From positions 180,012 to 244,011 of the forward strand of contig CAYNGY010000002.1 in the NCBI GenBank assembly GCA_964397195.1: DNA of 64,000 nt, given 5' to 3'. Shown one piece after another: positions 16,661-26,268 of this stretch. The DNA comes from an uncultured Gammaproteobacteria bacterium. GTDB lineage: Bacteria; Patescibacteriota; Patescibacteriia; SBBC01; CAIJZX01. The position numbers and the translations under genes are program-made. Positions within the stretch are counted from its first letter, which is position 1. Each line of letters opens with the position of its first letter. The notes beneath the pieces are model-generated. The model ran no database searches, had not been told where the DNA came from, and saw nothing but the letters and a program-made list of their open reading frames with translations.

Positions 16661-17766
16661 GAAACATGCTCGTAGTCGCTCCGGTGTTGGCGTTGAGTTT
16701 TTTAGCCGCGCCGGCGCGGGCCGTGGAGCCATCCATACAATTCGTCCCGCAAGTTGGCTTTACGCGACCGGGCGAGACGCTGACGGTTGATGTCCGACTG
16801 ACGAACCTAGATCAGCCAATTAACGCCGTTGACCTGTCAATCGGTTATCCAACCGATGTATTGCGACTTGATCGGATCGATCGTGAACGGTCAGCGTTCA
16901 CCCTATGGCCGGAGGAACCGCAAATTCAGTCAGCGTCGGGCGTGGCGCATGTTGTAGGCGGTCTGCCGAACGGTCTCTATGCGCATGACGCCCGGGTGGT
17001 GACGCTCCGATTTACAACGCGTCATGCTGGCCAAGGCGCCTTTCGCATCGTGGCCGGTAAGGTCTACCTCAATGATGGACTTGGTACGGCAGTGCCTATT
17101 GTCGCCGAACAGACAGCGGTTACGGTACAGAGTGAATTTCTCGATCATATTCAGCTGACGTCGTCGCATCATCCGAATGATGGCGCATGGAGTGCGGAAC
17201 GGACCGTCGATATTTCATGGGTCGCCGAGGCCGGACGACAATACAGTTACATTTTTGATGCGGACGGAACCATCGCTCCCGATACCCACCTGGATGAAAT
17301 CAAACCGTTGCTCTTTACGGATCTTGCCGACGGTCGATATTCATTCGCTATTATTTCGCGTGGCGCTGACGGTCTATGGTCTCCAGTTACCCAGCGTTGG
17401 TTTCTGATTGACGGCACTGCCCCGGAGGTACCAATCCTGGTCCACCCCGATCCGACGACCGTGAACGGGGCGAATCTTCTGGCCTGGTCAGCTGTTGATC
17501 GAATGTCGGGCATTGTCCGATCCGAACTGTACGTCGGTGGAAAAAAACAGGGCGATGTTGAGAGTCCCGTTCGATTACAATCTCGTTGGGCCGGTCAGAC
17601 GCTGACCATCCGGGCGTACGACGCGGCGGGGAATAGCCAAGCAGCGTCTTGGGTCATGCCGGGTATGCGCCAACCGAGCTGGGTAACGCTTGGGGCTGGC
17701 GGTGGTGGCCTATTACTTCTCCTGTTCGTGCTGGTCATCATATTCCGACAACGACGTCGAACATGA
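16648..17766 (+). CDS. Membrane-anchored cohesin-domain protein 1
   Basis: N-terminal 'GETLTVDVRL...INAVDLSIGYPTDVL...GGLPNG...YLNDGLGT'. Ig-like repeats and a C-terminal TM helix followed by RQRRRT. Confidence 0.7.
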   Translation: MDKLRNMLVVAPVLALSFLAAPARAVEPSIQFVPQVGFTRPGETLTVDVRLTNLDQPINAVDLSIGYPTDVLRLDRIDRERSAFTLWPEEPQIQSASGVAHVVGGLPNGLYAHDARVVTLRFTTRHAGQGAFRIVAGKVYLNDGLGTAVPIVAEQTAVTVQSEFLDHIQLTSSHHPNDGAWSAERTVDISWVAEAGRQYSYIFDADGTIAPDTHLDEIKPLLFTDLADGRYSFAIISRGADGLWSPVTQRWFLIDGTAPEVPILVHPDPTTVNGANLLAWSAVDRMSGIVRSELYVGGKKQGDVESPVRLQSRWAGQTLTIRAYDAAGNSQAASWVMPGMRQPSWVTLGAGGGGLLLLLFVLVIIFRQRRRT

Positions 17767-17782
17767 TATACTCTGTTCAAAT

Positions 17783-19153
17783 ATGCACCGTTTTTCTCGA
17801 GTAGTGCGTGGATTAACATCGGGGCTTGCTGCGGCCTTTTTGACAGTCGTTTTTTTGTCGCGTCCGACGGCCGCCGCGGCAGCTGGGGCGTCGTTAAAAT
17901 TGTCGCCGAGTAGCGGGACCTATGAGGTCGGGTCGTTGGTGGATATTTCGATGATGGTTGATACTGGCGGCGAGTCAATAAATGCAGTCGCGGCCACGTT
18001 GCGTTTTCCGGCCGATAAACTTCAGGTTGTAAATCCGGCGGCGAGCACGTCGTTCATTTCTATTTGGGTCAATGCGCCTACCTATTCAAATACCGACGGA
18101 ACCGTTTCGTTCCAAGGCGGTTTGCCGAATCCGGGTATCAAAACGAGCGCCGGCGTCATTAGTACGATTTCCTTCCGCGTCAAGGTGCCGGGCACGGCGA
18201 CCCTTAAGTTCGATCCGAACGCAAGCATTTTACGCAACGACGGACAGGGGACAAATATTCTGACCTCTACAAGCTCGGCTGACCTGACACTCAAGGTGCC
18301 GCCGCCGGCGGGACCAGTTGTCAGTAGTCCGACGCACAGCGATCAAAATGCTTGGTACAATAATGGGCAAGTTCAGTTTACTTGGGAGGCGATTGATGGC
18401 GCGGTAGGGTACAGCTATGTGTTTGATCAGTCGCCAAAAACAATTCCGAATGAGACGATCAACTCGGCTCTTCACGCGGTGAGCGTCAAAGCGGCCAATG
18501 ATGGGATTTGGTTTTTTCACATCCGCTCGAAAACTGATTCATGGGGCGGAGTGACAACATTTCCGGTTCAGATCGACACGACGGCTCCGGCCACCTTCGG
18601 TCCGGTCATCGACCAAGATCCCTTAACCACCGAAGACTCCGGGATAGTACGATTTGCCACGACTGATGCGGCCTCCGGGATTGATCACTACGAAGTGAAA
18701 ACGGTAGCGCAGTCAGGCGGATCAACGGCGCAGAATACGCTGTTCGTTGAAGCGAGTAGTCCATTTTCACTACCGAAACTGTCGGCCGGAACGTATACGG
18801 TGATTGTCCGGGCCATTGACCGGGCCGGAAATGCCTACGATGGGACTCGCTCTGTGCAGGTTGTGAGCGGTGGTGTACCATTCTATTCGCGGGTTCCATT
18901 CCTTCGGGATCCGGCGGTTGCTAACGCCGTCCTGATCGTCCTCGGTGTTATTACCACGACGCTCCTCTCGAGTCTCTTGCTCCGTCGAGTGCGGTTACGT
19001 GCAACCTTCCATCACGACTTGGAGATGCTCGAACACGATGCGCAGAAGAAAGCGGCAGTGCTTCAGCGGGAATTAGATGAGCTTCGTCGCGCGCAGCAGA
19101 TGTTCCCGGCGCCGCCCCAAAACCAACCACATGACCAACACCCAACGCCTTAG
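17783..19153 (+). CDS. Membrane-anchored cohesin-domain protein 2
   Basis: 'VDTGGESINAVAATLRFPADKL...GGLPNPG...NDGQGTNIL'. C-terminal TM helix and coiled-coil-like tail. ATG 17783 follows TGATATACT. Confidence 0.75.
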   Translation: MHRFSRVVRGLTSGLAAAFLTVVFLSRPTAAAAAGASLKLSPSSGTYEVGSLVDISMMVDTGGESINAVAATLRFPADKLQVVNPAASTSFISIWVNAPTYSNTDGTVSFQGGLPNPGIKTSAGVISTISFRVKVPGTATLKFDPNASILRNDGQGTNILTSTSSADLTLKVPPPAGPVVSSPTHSDQNAWYNNGQVQFTWEAIDGAVGYSYVFDQSPKTIPNETINSALHAVSVKAANDGIWFFHIRSKTDSWGGVTTFPVQIDTTAPATFGPVIDQDPLTTEDSGIVRFATTDAASGIDHYEVKTVAQSGGSTAQNTLFVEASSPFSLPKLSAGTYTVIVRAIDRAGNAYDGTRSVQVVSGGVPFYSRVPFLRDPAVANAVLIVLGVITTTLLSSLLLRRVRLRATFHHDLEMLEHDAQKKAAVLQRELDELRRAQQMFPAPPQNQPHDQHPTP

Positions 19154-20813
19154 TTTTATCGGGTTCCTCGCGGTCGGCTTGTTCAGTCTGCCACTGTTTG
19201 CGCAGGCCGCGTCGCTCGGGCTGTCGCCATCGTCGACCTCGGTCACGGTCGGGAAATCGTTTAGTGTGACCGCGCGAGTGAATGCTGGCGGTGAAGCCAT
19301 TAACGCCGCTGAGGGGACGATCATGTATCCGACCCAGCTCCTGAAATTAACCAGCGTCTCGAAGTCCGGGTCTATTTTTACCTTCTGGGCGCTTGAACCA
19401 CGAGCGAGTTCGTCGGGGCAGGTCAGCTTCATTGGCGGTCTGCCGCATCCGGGGTATACGGGCAGTGCCGGGACGATTGTCCGTATGACCTTCACTGCTT
19501 CGGCGACCGGCACGGCCACAATTTCGTATGGTGGCGGAAAAGTGCTCGCTGATGATGGGAATGGGACAAATATTTTATCGAGTCAGGGATCAGCCACGGT
19601 GCATATCACGGAGCCAGGATCAGCGACACCGTCGACACCCGCCGAGCCGCCGTCGACACCACGTCCAATTCCGGGTCTTTCCTCGACGACGCACCCGAAA
19701 CAGACGGAGTGGCTATCAAAGACAGCCGGGACGTTGCAAATTTCTAAGCCAAGTGGTTCGACCGGGTTCAGTTTTGTCATTGACCAGAAAGCATCGACCG
19801 CGCCTGATGAGAGTGTTGATACAACGGCTGGTAGTATTGATGTGCCATTAGCCAGCGATGGGGTGTGGTACGTCCATGTTCGGGCCAAGTACGCTACTGG
19901 GTGGAGCAATACCACATCGTACATCTTCCGACGAGATACGGCGGCCCCGCAGCCGTTTACCGTGACCGTCGAACAAGACCGTGGGGTGACCGATCCGACG
20001 CCAACCATTGTCTTTTCGGCGCACGATGTTTCAAGTGGTATCGCGGGGTATACGGTTTCGGTGGATGGCGGCGCCCCAGTTGCGGCGGTGAGTCCATATC
20101 AGCTCTCGTCACTTCTCCCCGGAGCACATCGGGTGCTGGTGGTTGCAGTCGACCAGGCTGGGTTAGCGCAAACCGCGTCGGCGGATGTATTACTGACCGG
20201 CTACCCGGTGCCGAGCATTGACTCGCTGACAACCCCAATCATGTTGATGGAGAGTTTCTCCATGAATGGGCTGGCGTTAGCCGGTGATATTGTGATTATT
20301 GCCGTGGACGGACAAACCGTTGGTCAAACGGTGGCGAAGCGCGCCGACACGACTGATGAAGATCAGGTACTCGTCCGTGTGCCCTGGACCTACACATCGA
20401 CCATGTTGTTGCGACCGGGCACCCACACGGTGACCGTCACGGCCGTTGGGTCGGATGGCCAGCGGAGCGTGGCCACTGATCCGCGATCGCTCCACGTGGT
20501 TGGAGGAACAATGATGTTTCGGGGTCGACCCGTGGCGACGATCGCGCTGGCTCCGGCCATTGGGATTGGTATTATCCTGGTTCTCTTTTTGAACGCGGCC
20601 GTCTTCGCAAAACTCTGGTGGAGTGTGCGAAAAGTGGTTCAACGCGATGATCGGGTAGAGGATGAGCTCGAGGGTCTGCGCCAGCGGATTCGTCACGATC
20701 GACTGACCACCACGGAACTGGATGAAAAAATCCAATTTATTGAAGCCGATCTTGCCGGACGCGTGCGGAAAGCACGACGACGTACGGGGAGTCGTCGCGG
20801 ACAGAGCGTATGA
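19131..20813 (+). CDS. Membrane-anchored cohesin-domain protein 3
   Basis: 'VNAGGEAINAAEGTIMYPTQLL...GGLPHPG...DDGNGTNIL', paralogous to the previous gene. C-terminal TM helix and charged helical tail. Confidence 0.75.
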   Translation: MTNTQRLSFIGFLAVGLFSLPLFAQAASLGLSPSSTSVTVGKSFSVTARVNAGGEAINAAEGTIMYPTQLLKLTSVSKSGSIFTFWALEPRASSSGQVSFIGGLPHPGYTGSAGTIVRMTFTASATGTATISYGGGKVLADDGNGTNILSSQGSATVHITEPGSATPSTPAEPPSTPRPIPGLSSTTHPKQTEWLSKTAGTLQISKPSGSTGFSFVIDQKASTAPDESVDTTAGSIDVPLASDGVWYVHVRAKYATGWSNTTSYIFRRDTAAPQPFTVTVEQDRGVTDPTPTIVFSAHDVSSGIAGYTVSVDGGAPVAAVSPYQLSSLLPGAHRVLVVAVDQAGLAQTASADVLLTGYPVPSIDSLTTPIMLMESFSMNGLALAGDIVIIAVDGQTVGQTVAKRADTTDEDQVLVRVPWTYTSTMLLRPGTHTVTVTAVGSDGQRSVATDPRSLHVVGGTMMFRGRPVATIALAPAIGIGIILVLFLNAAVFAKLWWSVRKVVQRDDRVEDELEGLRQRIRHDRLTTTELDEKIQFIEADLAGRVRKARRRTGSRRGQSV

Positions 20814-21520
20814 ATTCGGTTTGGATCGTAACGCCGACGTATAACGAGCGGGAGAATATTCGGACACATATATCCGGGCTACGGGCGACAGTGCCGCAGG
20901 CGACGCTATTGGTAGTGGATGATTCTTCGCCTGATGGAACGGGGGCGGTGGTTGACGAGCTGGCGACTGGTGACGCGCAAGTGCGCGTTCTTCATCGCCA
21001 ACAGAAGGCCGGGCTCGGTCTGGCCTATATGGAAGGATTACGGATGGCGCTAGCGGCGGGGGCGACGCAGATCGTCCATTTAGATGCAGACGGCTCACAC
21101 CCGATTGATCTGATCCCGTCACTGCTCGCAGCGCTTGAGACCGCCGATTTGGCGATCGGGTCGCGTTACGTTCAGGGCGGGTCGATGCATATAGATATTT
21201 TCCGTCGGCAGGTGAGCAACCTAGGAAACATATATATCCGGTCGCTCTTAGGCCGAGCGATTCATGATTGGAGCACTGGGTTTAAGGCCTGGCGTCGGGC
21301 GTCGCTTGAAGGGGTCCTAGCCGTGCCCCCGCGGGCCCATGGGTATGCCTGGTTGATGGAGACGAGTTGGTTAGCGGTGCGAGCCGGGGCGCGGGTGACC
21401 GAAATACCGTTGGTTTTTCAGTCCCGCCAACGCGGCGAGTCGAAATTTTCCCTGACTATTGCCAAGGAAGACCTTCAAGTGGCCTGGCGTCTCGCGCGGG
21501 GTCGGACCCTTGCGGAATGA
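20810..21520 (+). CDS. Polyprenol monophosphomannose synthase (GT2, DPM1/Ppm1-like)
   Basis: Motifs PTYNERENI, VDDSSPDGT, GLGLAY, DADGSH, GSRY, RGESK. Confidence 0.9.
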   Translation: MNSVWIVTPTYNERENIRTHISGLRATVPQATLLVVDDSSPDGTGAVVDELATGDAQVRVLHRQQKAGLGLAYMEGLRMALAAGATQIVHLDADGSHPIDLIPSLLAALETADLAIGSRYVQGGSMHIDIFRRQVSNLGNIYIRSLLGRAIHDWSTGFKAWRRASLEGVLAVPPRAHGYAWLMETSWLAVRAGARVTEIPLVFQSRQRGESKFSLTIAKEDLQVAWRLARGRTLAE

Positions 21521-21577
21521 CCTCAGACATGGTATACTGTGCCCATTCGTCGCGCATTCCGCGATTTTCACGGTCGC

Positions 21578-21654
21578 GGGTGATTAGCTCAGTTGGTTAG
21601 AGCGCGCCGTTCACATCGGCGAGGTCTCAGGTTCAAATCCTGAATCACCCACCA
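21578..21654 (+). tRNA. tRNA-Val(CAC)
   Basis: Cloverleaf: acceptor GGGTGAT/ATCACCC, anticodon stem CGCCG/CGGCG with loop TTCACAT, T-loop TTCAAAT, encoded CCA. Confidence 0.97.
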
Positions 21655-21671
21655 GACAGATTTTTTATCAC

Positions 21672-22382
21672 ATGCCACCAAAAAGCTCGCCACCATCACA
21701 CCCACTCGGTGACCCCAAAGCATTTCGCGGCTATAGCACGCGACTCAAGAAGCTAGCGGAGAGCGAGAAGCGGAGCGATTTTTTGCCCCCAATTGAGCGT
21801 TCGATTGGATCGTTTGTTGTTGAGCTCCTGAAGATCATCGTTTTGGCGTTCGTCATCATCATCCCAATTCGTCTCTACGTCCTGCAGCCGTTCTATGTTC
21901 GTGGGGCGTCGATGGAACCGAATTTTGAGGATAATCAGTATTTGATTATTGACGAACTTTCGTATCGTTTTCACCACCCGCATCGCGGGGATGTGATTGT
22001 CCTGCACAACCCGAGCTTACCGAGCGAATTCCTGATTAAGCGCGTGATCGGACTCCCGGGTGAACACATCGTGATCGCCAACGGCAAAGTCTCGGTCTAT
22101 CAGCCGGATAACGGTGCGGGCGGAAAAATTGATGAGAGCGCCTACCTCCCGAAAGGGCGAAGCACGTTCGGCAGTATCGATCTTGTCCTAGGGAGCGATG
22201 AATATTACGTCTTGGGCGACAATCGCCAATTCAGCCTTGATTCACGGAGCTTCGGGCCGGTGGCGCGCCGCGAAATCATCGGTCGCACGGCACTTCGTGC
22301 TTGGCCGCTGACCGTAGTCGATGTTTTCGGCCGAGTCCAGGTTCCTATCTCAACTTCAACGACGACTACTACTACTCCATAG
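21672..22382 (+). CDS. lepB: Signal peptidase I
   Basis: GASMEPN (catalytic Ser), IKRVIGLPGE (catalytic Lys), GDNR..S.DSR..G. Confidence 0.95.
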   Translation: MPPKSSPPSHPLGDPKAFRGYSTRLKKLAESEKRSDFLPPIERSIGSFVVELLKIIVLAFVIIIPIRLYVLQPFYVRGASMEPNFEDNQYLIIDELSYRFHHPHRGDVIVLHNPSLPSEFLIKRVIGLPGEHIVIANGKVSVYQPDNGAGGKIDESAYLPKGRSTFGSIDLVLGSDEYYVLGDNRQFSLDSRSFGPVARREIIGRTALRAWPLTVVDVFGRVQVPISTSTTTTTTP

Positions 22383-22384
22383 CT

Positions 22385-23788
22385 ATGGCCAGCCAAAATC
22401 CACCGCAGCTCCTGCGCGGTATGAAAGATATTCTCCCGACCGACCAGCCACACTGGTGGGCGACCTTTGATGCGGTCCGTCGGATCGCGACAAACTACGG
22501 CTTCGATCGGATTGAAACGCCGGTGCTCGAAGCGACATCATTATTTGTTCGGTCGGTTGGCGAGGGGACCGATATTGTCGGGAAGGAAATGTACAGTTTT
22601 GTCGATAAGGGTGGTGACAATGTCTGTTTGCGCCCGGAATACACGGCTAGCGTCGCTCGGACCTACATCGAGCACGGGATGTTGAACATGCCCCAGCCGG
22701 TGAAGCTGTGGTACTTTGGACCATGTTTCCGCCATGATCGCCCGCAAGCGGGGCGGTATCGTCAATTCTGGCAATTTGGCTTCGAGATTTTCGGGGCCGC
22801 TCACCCAATTTCTGATGCCCAGCTCATCTTAGCCGGCCGCTCCGTCTTCCGTTCGCTCGGGATCGAAACGGTGGTTCAGATTAACTGTTTGGGCGATAAG
22901 GCCGTCCGTCAGCAATATGGGAAAGCGCTCCAGGCGTATTTCCGAACGAAGAAATCCGAGTTGACCGAAGACCAGCGCCTGACGCTCCAAAAGAATCCGC
23001 TCCGACTCCTTGATAGTAAGGATCCGAAGCTGGTTGAATTGTTAGCCGACGCGCCGCAGATTGTTGACCATCTTGATGAGGCGTCGCGTCAGCATTTCGT
23101 CCAGGTTTTGGAATATCTCGACGAGGCGGAAGTGGCCTATAACTTGAATCCGCGCTTGGTGCGTGGACTTGATTACTATACGAAGACCGTGTTCGAATTC
23201 TGGGCGCAAAATGACGAGAGCGGACAATCGGCCTTGGGTGGTGGCGGTCGGTATGACACCCTAGTGGAGCAGCTTGGTGGGCAACCTACCCCATCGGCGG
23301 GCTTTGCCGTCGGGGTTGAGCGCCTGATCATGAAAGCCAAGGAGTTGTCGCCAAATCCATTGCCGATCGTTCGACCAGAGGTGTTTATGGCCCAACTCGG
23401 CGAACCAGCCCGAAAAAAGACGCTCAAGATCTTTGAGGCCCTTCAAGTGCGTGGGGTGCGTCTTTCGGAGGCAATGACCAAGGATGGCTTGAAACAGCAA
23501 CTGGAAGTGGCGAACCGCGTCGGCGCCCAATACACGCTGATTATCGGCCAAAAAGAGATCATGGACGATACGGTGCTGATTCGCGATATGGAGAATGGCA
23601 TCCAAGAGGTTGTACCGTACGATCGGATTGTTCCGGAGATCGTAAAGCGGATCGAGAAGAACCGCGCAGCCGGCATCGTGCCGGTGACCGGGGCGGTCAC
23701 ACCGGAAAAACTCGAATCGATGCCGTCGCTGGAAGAACAAGAACAGCCGGAGCTTCCGTTTGATGCGGCTAGCGAAAGCGATGAATAA
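22385..23788 (+). CDS. hisS: Histidine--tRNA ligase
   Basis: RGMKD, LRPEYTAS, RHDRPQAGRYRQF, LVRGLDYY, GGGRYD. Start trimmed to ATG 22385. Confidence 0.97.
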   Translation: MASQNPPQLLRGMKDILPTDQPHWWATFDAVRRIATNYGFDRIETPVLEATSLFVRSVGEGTDIVGKEMYSFVDKGGDNVCLRPEYTASVARTYIEHGMLNMPQPVKLWYFGPCFRHDRPQAGRYRQFWQFGFEIFGAAHPISDAQLILAGRSVFRSLGIETVVQINCLGDKAVRQQYGKALQAYFRTKKSELTEDQRLTLQKNPLRLLDSKDPKLVELLADAPQIVDHLDEASRQHFVQVLEYLDEAEVAYNLNPRLVRGLDYYTKTVFEFWAQNDESGQSALGGGGRYDTLVEQLGGQPTPSAGFAVGVERLIMKAKELSPNPLPIVRPEVFMAQLGEPARKKTLKIFEALQVRGVRLSEAMTKDGLKQQLEVANRVGAQYTLIIGQKEIMDDTVLIRDMENGIQEVVPYDRIVPEIVKRIEKNRAAGIVPVTGAVTPEKLESMPSLEEQEQPELPFDAASESDE

Positions 23789-24131
23789 TCCGGACTGTAT
23801 TTTCTGTCAGATTGCCGTCGGAACTATCCCGAAGGCGTTCACGTACCAAGATGACGAATATATGGTTTTCCCGGATATCCATCCGCTGGCGCCGACCCAT
23901 CTCTTAATCATCCCCAAAGATCACTGCATGCGCTCTGTGGCCGAGATGGAGCCTGATCAGCAGGGGATAGTGACCCGGATGATTGTCCTCGCCAAAAAGA
24001 TGGCTGAGGAGAGCGGCGTGGACAAAACCGGGTACCGCCTGGTTTTTAATGCACGCCATCATTCCGGACAAGAGGTTGATCATATCCATCTGCATTTGCT
24101 GGGTGGGGCGATGCTCGGTCCGGTTGCGTAG
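23781..24131 (+). CDS. HIT-family nucleotide hydrolase
   Basis: DCIFCQI and the histidine triad HIHLHLLGG. Confidence 0.93.
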   Translation: MNNPDCIFCQIAVGTIPKAFTYQDDEYMVFPDIHPLAPTHLLIIPKDHCMRSVAEMEPDQQGIVTRMIVLAKKMAEESGVDKTGYRLVFNARHHSGQEVDHIHLHLLGGAMLGPVA

Positions 24132-24334
24132 AAAGGTAGTTTGTCGGGATTTCTTCTTCTCAGCTTCGCTGTTGACGTTTTGTACTAGGTTTGATAGGAC
24201 GTCTATGTTCGCCTGTTTTAGGTGAACGACGCTATTTCACAATTGTCTCGGATGGAATGTCCTGAGAAACTCTCGGGAATGGCCGCTGGGACACGTCCGC
24301 TCGACGACGTAGGTCGTTGGGTTTGGAGGACGGC

Positions 24335-25294
24335 ATGAACCTCAAGGAGCTGTTCAAGGATCGGCATTACCGGTGCGACTGTGTCTCTCCGGAAGGCTGG
24401 TTCGATCAGCGATCGTGGGCGACCGGAAGGAAGATCTTCTGGATGATCACGCTCTTCATCGTCTCCGCTGGCTTCGACCTGCTCGCGATGACACTGCGGA
24501 TGAAGTATGGTGCCAACTCCGCGCCTGCGGATATGGCAAACGCTGCTGGTGTGTTTCTCTGGCTAGGCAGCCTCATCTTTTTCCTAGGGCTGGGCCCGGA
24601 GATGTTCGGGACGTGGCATTTCGCCTACAAGATGAAGGGCGAGTGGCACATCCACAACGACGATCCGCGCAGGCAACTCGGAACCACCACGCGGCGATGG
24701 GTCGCATGCGGCACGCACGTCGACTACACCAGCATCGTGAACACGATCGAGGGGCCGATCTTCCGCTTCCGGAACGGCGGCATCATGTTCAAGGCACTCT
24801 ACCGGTTCTTCCAGCGCCAGGATCCGAACCAGATCTTCTGGCCGGTCCATGGCGTCACCGGAAAGATCGTGGGCCCGATGCGTCTCGCTGACGCCTCGAG
24901 CATCTACGACGTTCGACTGTGCGGTGAGTATCGCGGCAAGCCTCATCAGCTCTGCGTCGATCTCGATCGTGCGTACGATCTGGCGACTCGCTTCCTGCGA
25001 TTCGGGGAGCCCTACGGACTGCTGGGCGACCTGTTCAGCGAGAGCGAGTACTACATTCGGCTCCGGCTGAGCGTCCAGGCGGTCTGCGTCTACCTCACGT
25101 CGACGCGTGACCGGCGTAGTTCGCCGGTCGGCAAGCACGCCCGAGAGCTGCTCGAGGCCGCACTGACCGACGATCTCGGTATCTCGATGGGCCCGCTGCA
25201 GCCGCGCCCCGACCACCACGAGCGCCTGGAACGCCTCGAACGGTTCGTCGCAGAACACGCGACACCGAAACCCGAAGCCGTCAACGTCGGCTAA
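24335..25294 (+). CDS. Hypothetical membrane protein (2 TM), GC3-rich orphan
   Basis: Long ORF with SD GGAGGA before the ATG. Codons end mostly in C/G, unlike the flanking genes. No family recognised. Confidence 0.6.
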   Translation: MNLKELFKDRHYRCDCVSPEGWFDQRSWATGRKIFWMITLFIVSAGFDLLAMTLRMKYGANSAPADMANAAGVFLWLGSLIFFLGLGPEMFGTWHFAYKMKGEWHIHNDDPRRQLGTTTRRWVACGTHVDYTSIVNTIEGPIFRFRNGGIMFKALYRFFQRQDPNQIFWPVHGVTGKIVGPMRLADASSIYDVRLCGEYRGKPHQLCVDLDRAYDLATRFLRFGEPYGLLGDLFSESEYYIRLRLSVQAVCVYLTSTRDRRSSPVGKHARELLEAALTDDLGISMGPLQPRPDHHERLERLERFVAEHATPKPEAVNVG

Positions 25295-25330
25295 GCGAAC
25301 CCTTTGTACGGACTGAGCAGGCCAGCTGCT

Positions 25331-25364
25331 TCCCGCCATGTCTTCGGACCTCTGGCGGGATTTT
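25331..25364 (+). terminator. Rho-independent terminator
   Basis: TCCCGCCA...TGGCGGGA stem with an internal CTTCGG hairpin, followed by TTTT. Confidence 0.6.
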
Positions 25365-25416
25365 CATTCCTGGTTTGGAATGGGAGATTGCCTCATTTTT
25401 TGTTTTTTGTTCGGAT

Positions 25417-25445
25417 TTGACGGCACTGCCAGAAGATGGTAAAGT
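25417..25445 (+). promoter_or_regulatory. Sigma70-type promoter of rpsU
   Basis: TTGACG-17 bp-TAAAGT with an extended TG. SD AAGGAGGT lies before the rpsU start. Confidence 0.6.
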
Positions 25446-25510
25446 ATTTCCGCTTAGATTTGTATATATCCGATTCAATTCGGAATTCCTAAAGGAGGTG
25501 TTGACCCCAG

Positions 25511-25792
25511 ATGATTGAAGTACGACGACGAGATAATGAGTCCAGCGAGAGTTTGTTGCGCCGTTTTTCGAAGCGTGTCCAGCAGAGTGGTGTCTTGCTA
25601 CGAGCCAAGAAACGCCGGTTCTACGAAAAGGGGAAGAATAAGCGTGCCCAGCGCACTGATGCGCTTCGCCGCCTGGCTATTCGCGAACAACGCGATATTC
25701 TCCGTAAACTCGGCAAACTTGAAGAATATGACCTCAAGAAGCGCGGGAAACGGCCGCGCCGCTTACCATCTATTCCAAGCGCGACGACGTAA
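25511..25792 (+). CDS. rpsU: 30S ribosomal protein S21
   Basis: Short, highly basic protein 'IEVRRRDNESSESLLRRF...KKRRFYEK', upstream of yqeY. Confidence 0.9.
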   Translation: MIEVRRRDNESSESLLRRFSKRVQQSGVLLRAKKRRFYEKGKNKRAQRTDALRRLAIREQRDILRKLGKLEEYDLKKRGKRPRRLPSIPSATT

Positions 25793-25797
25793 CACGT

Positions 25798-26238
25798 ATG
25801 TCACTTCAGGCTCGTATTGATTCCGCCTACAAAAACGCCTTAAAAAGCCATGAAGCCATGGCGGTTGAGACGTATCGGATGATGAAATCAGCCGTTAAAA
25901 ACGCGGAAATCGAAGCGCGTCATGAATTAAGCGACGACGAGACTGTGGCGGTGCTCGCCCGTGAGGCGAAGCGCCGCCGCGAGTCGATGGGCATGTTCAC
26001 GGCCGCGAATCGAGATGATCTGGCCGCACATGAACAAGACCAGCTGACGATTATTGAAACGTTTCTCCCGAGTCAGCTGTCCGACGACGAACTGAAAGCC
26101 GCGGTTGAAGCCGTCATTGCGGCCCAATCGGCGACCGCCCGAGATTTCGGCAAAGTGATGGGCGCCGTCGTCGCCGCGACGAAAGGCCGCGCCGACGGCG
26201 GACGAATATCGGCGATCGTCAAAACCCTTTTAAAATAG
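25798..26238 (+). CDS. yqeY: GatB/YqeY domain protein
   Basis: 'EAKRRRES...FLPSQLS...DFGKVMG...GRADG'. Confidence 0.92.
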   Translation: MSLQARIDSAYKNALKSHEAMAVETYRMMKSAVKNAEIEARHELSDDETVAVLAREAKRRRESMGMFTAANRDDLAAHEQDQLTIIETFLPSQLSDDELKAAVEAVIAAQSATARDFGKVMGAVVAATKGRADGGRISAIVKTLLK

Positions 26239-26268
26239 TTTCGATCAATTTTCAAACAAAGACCGCAC

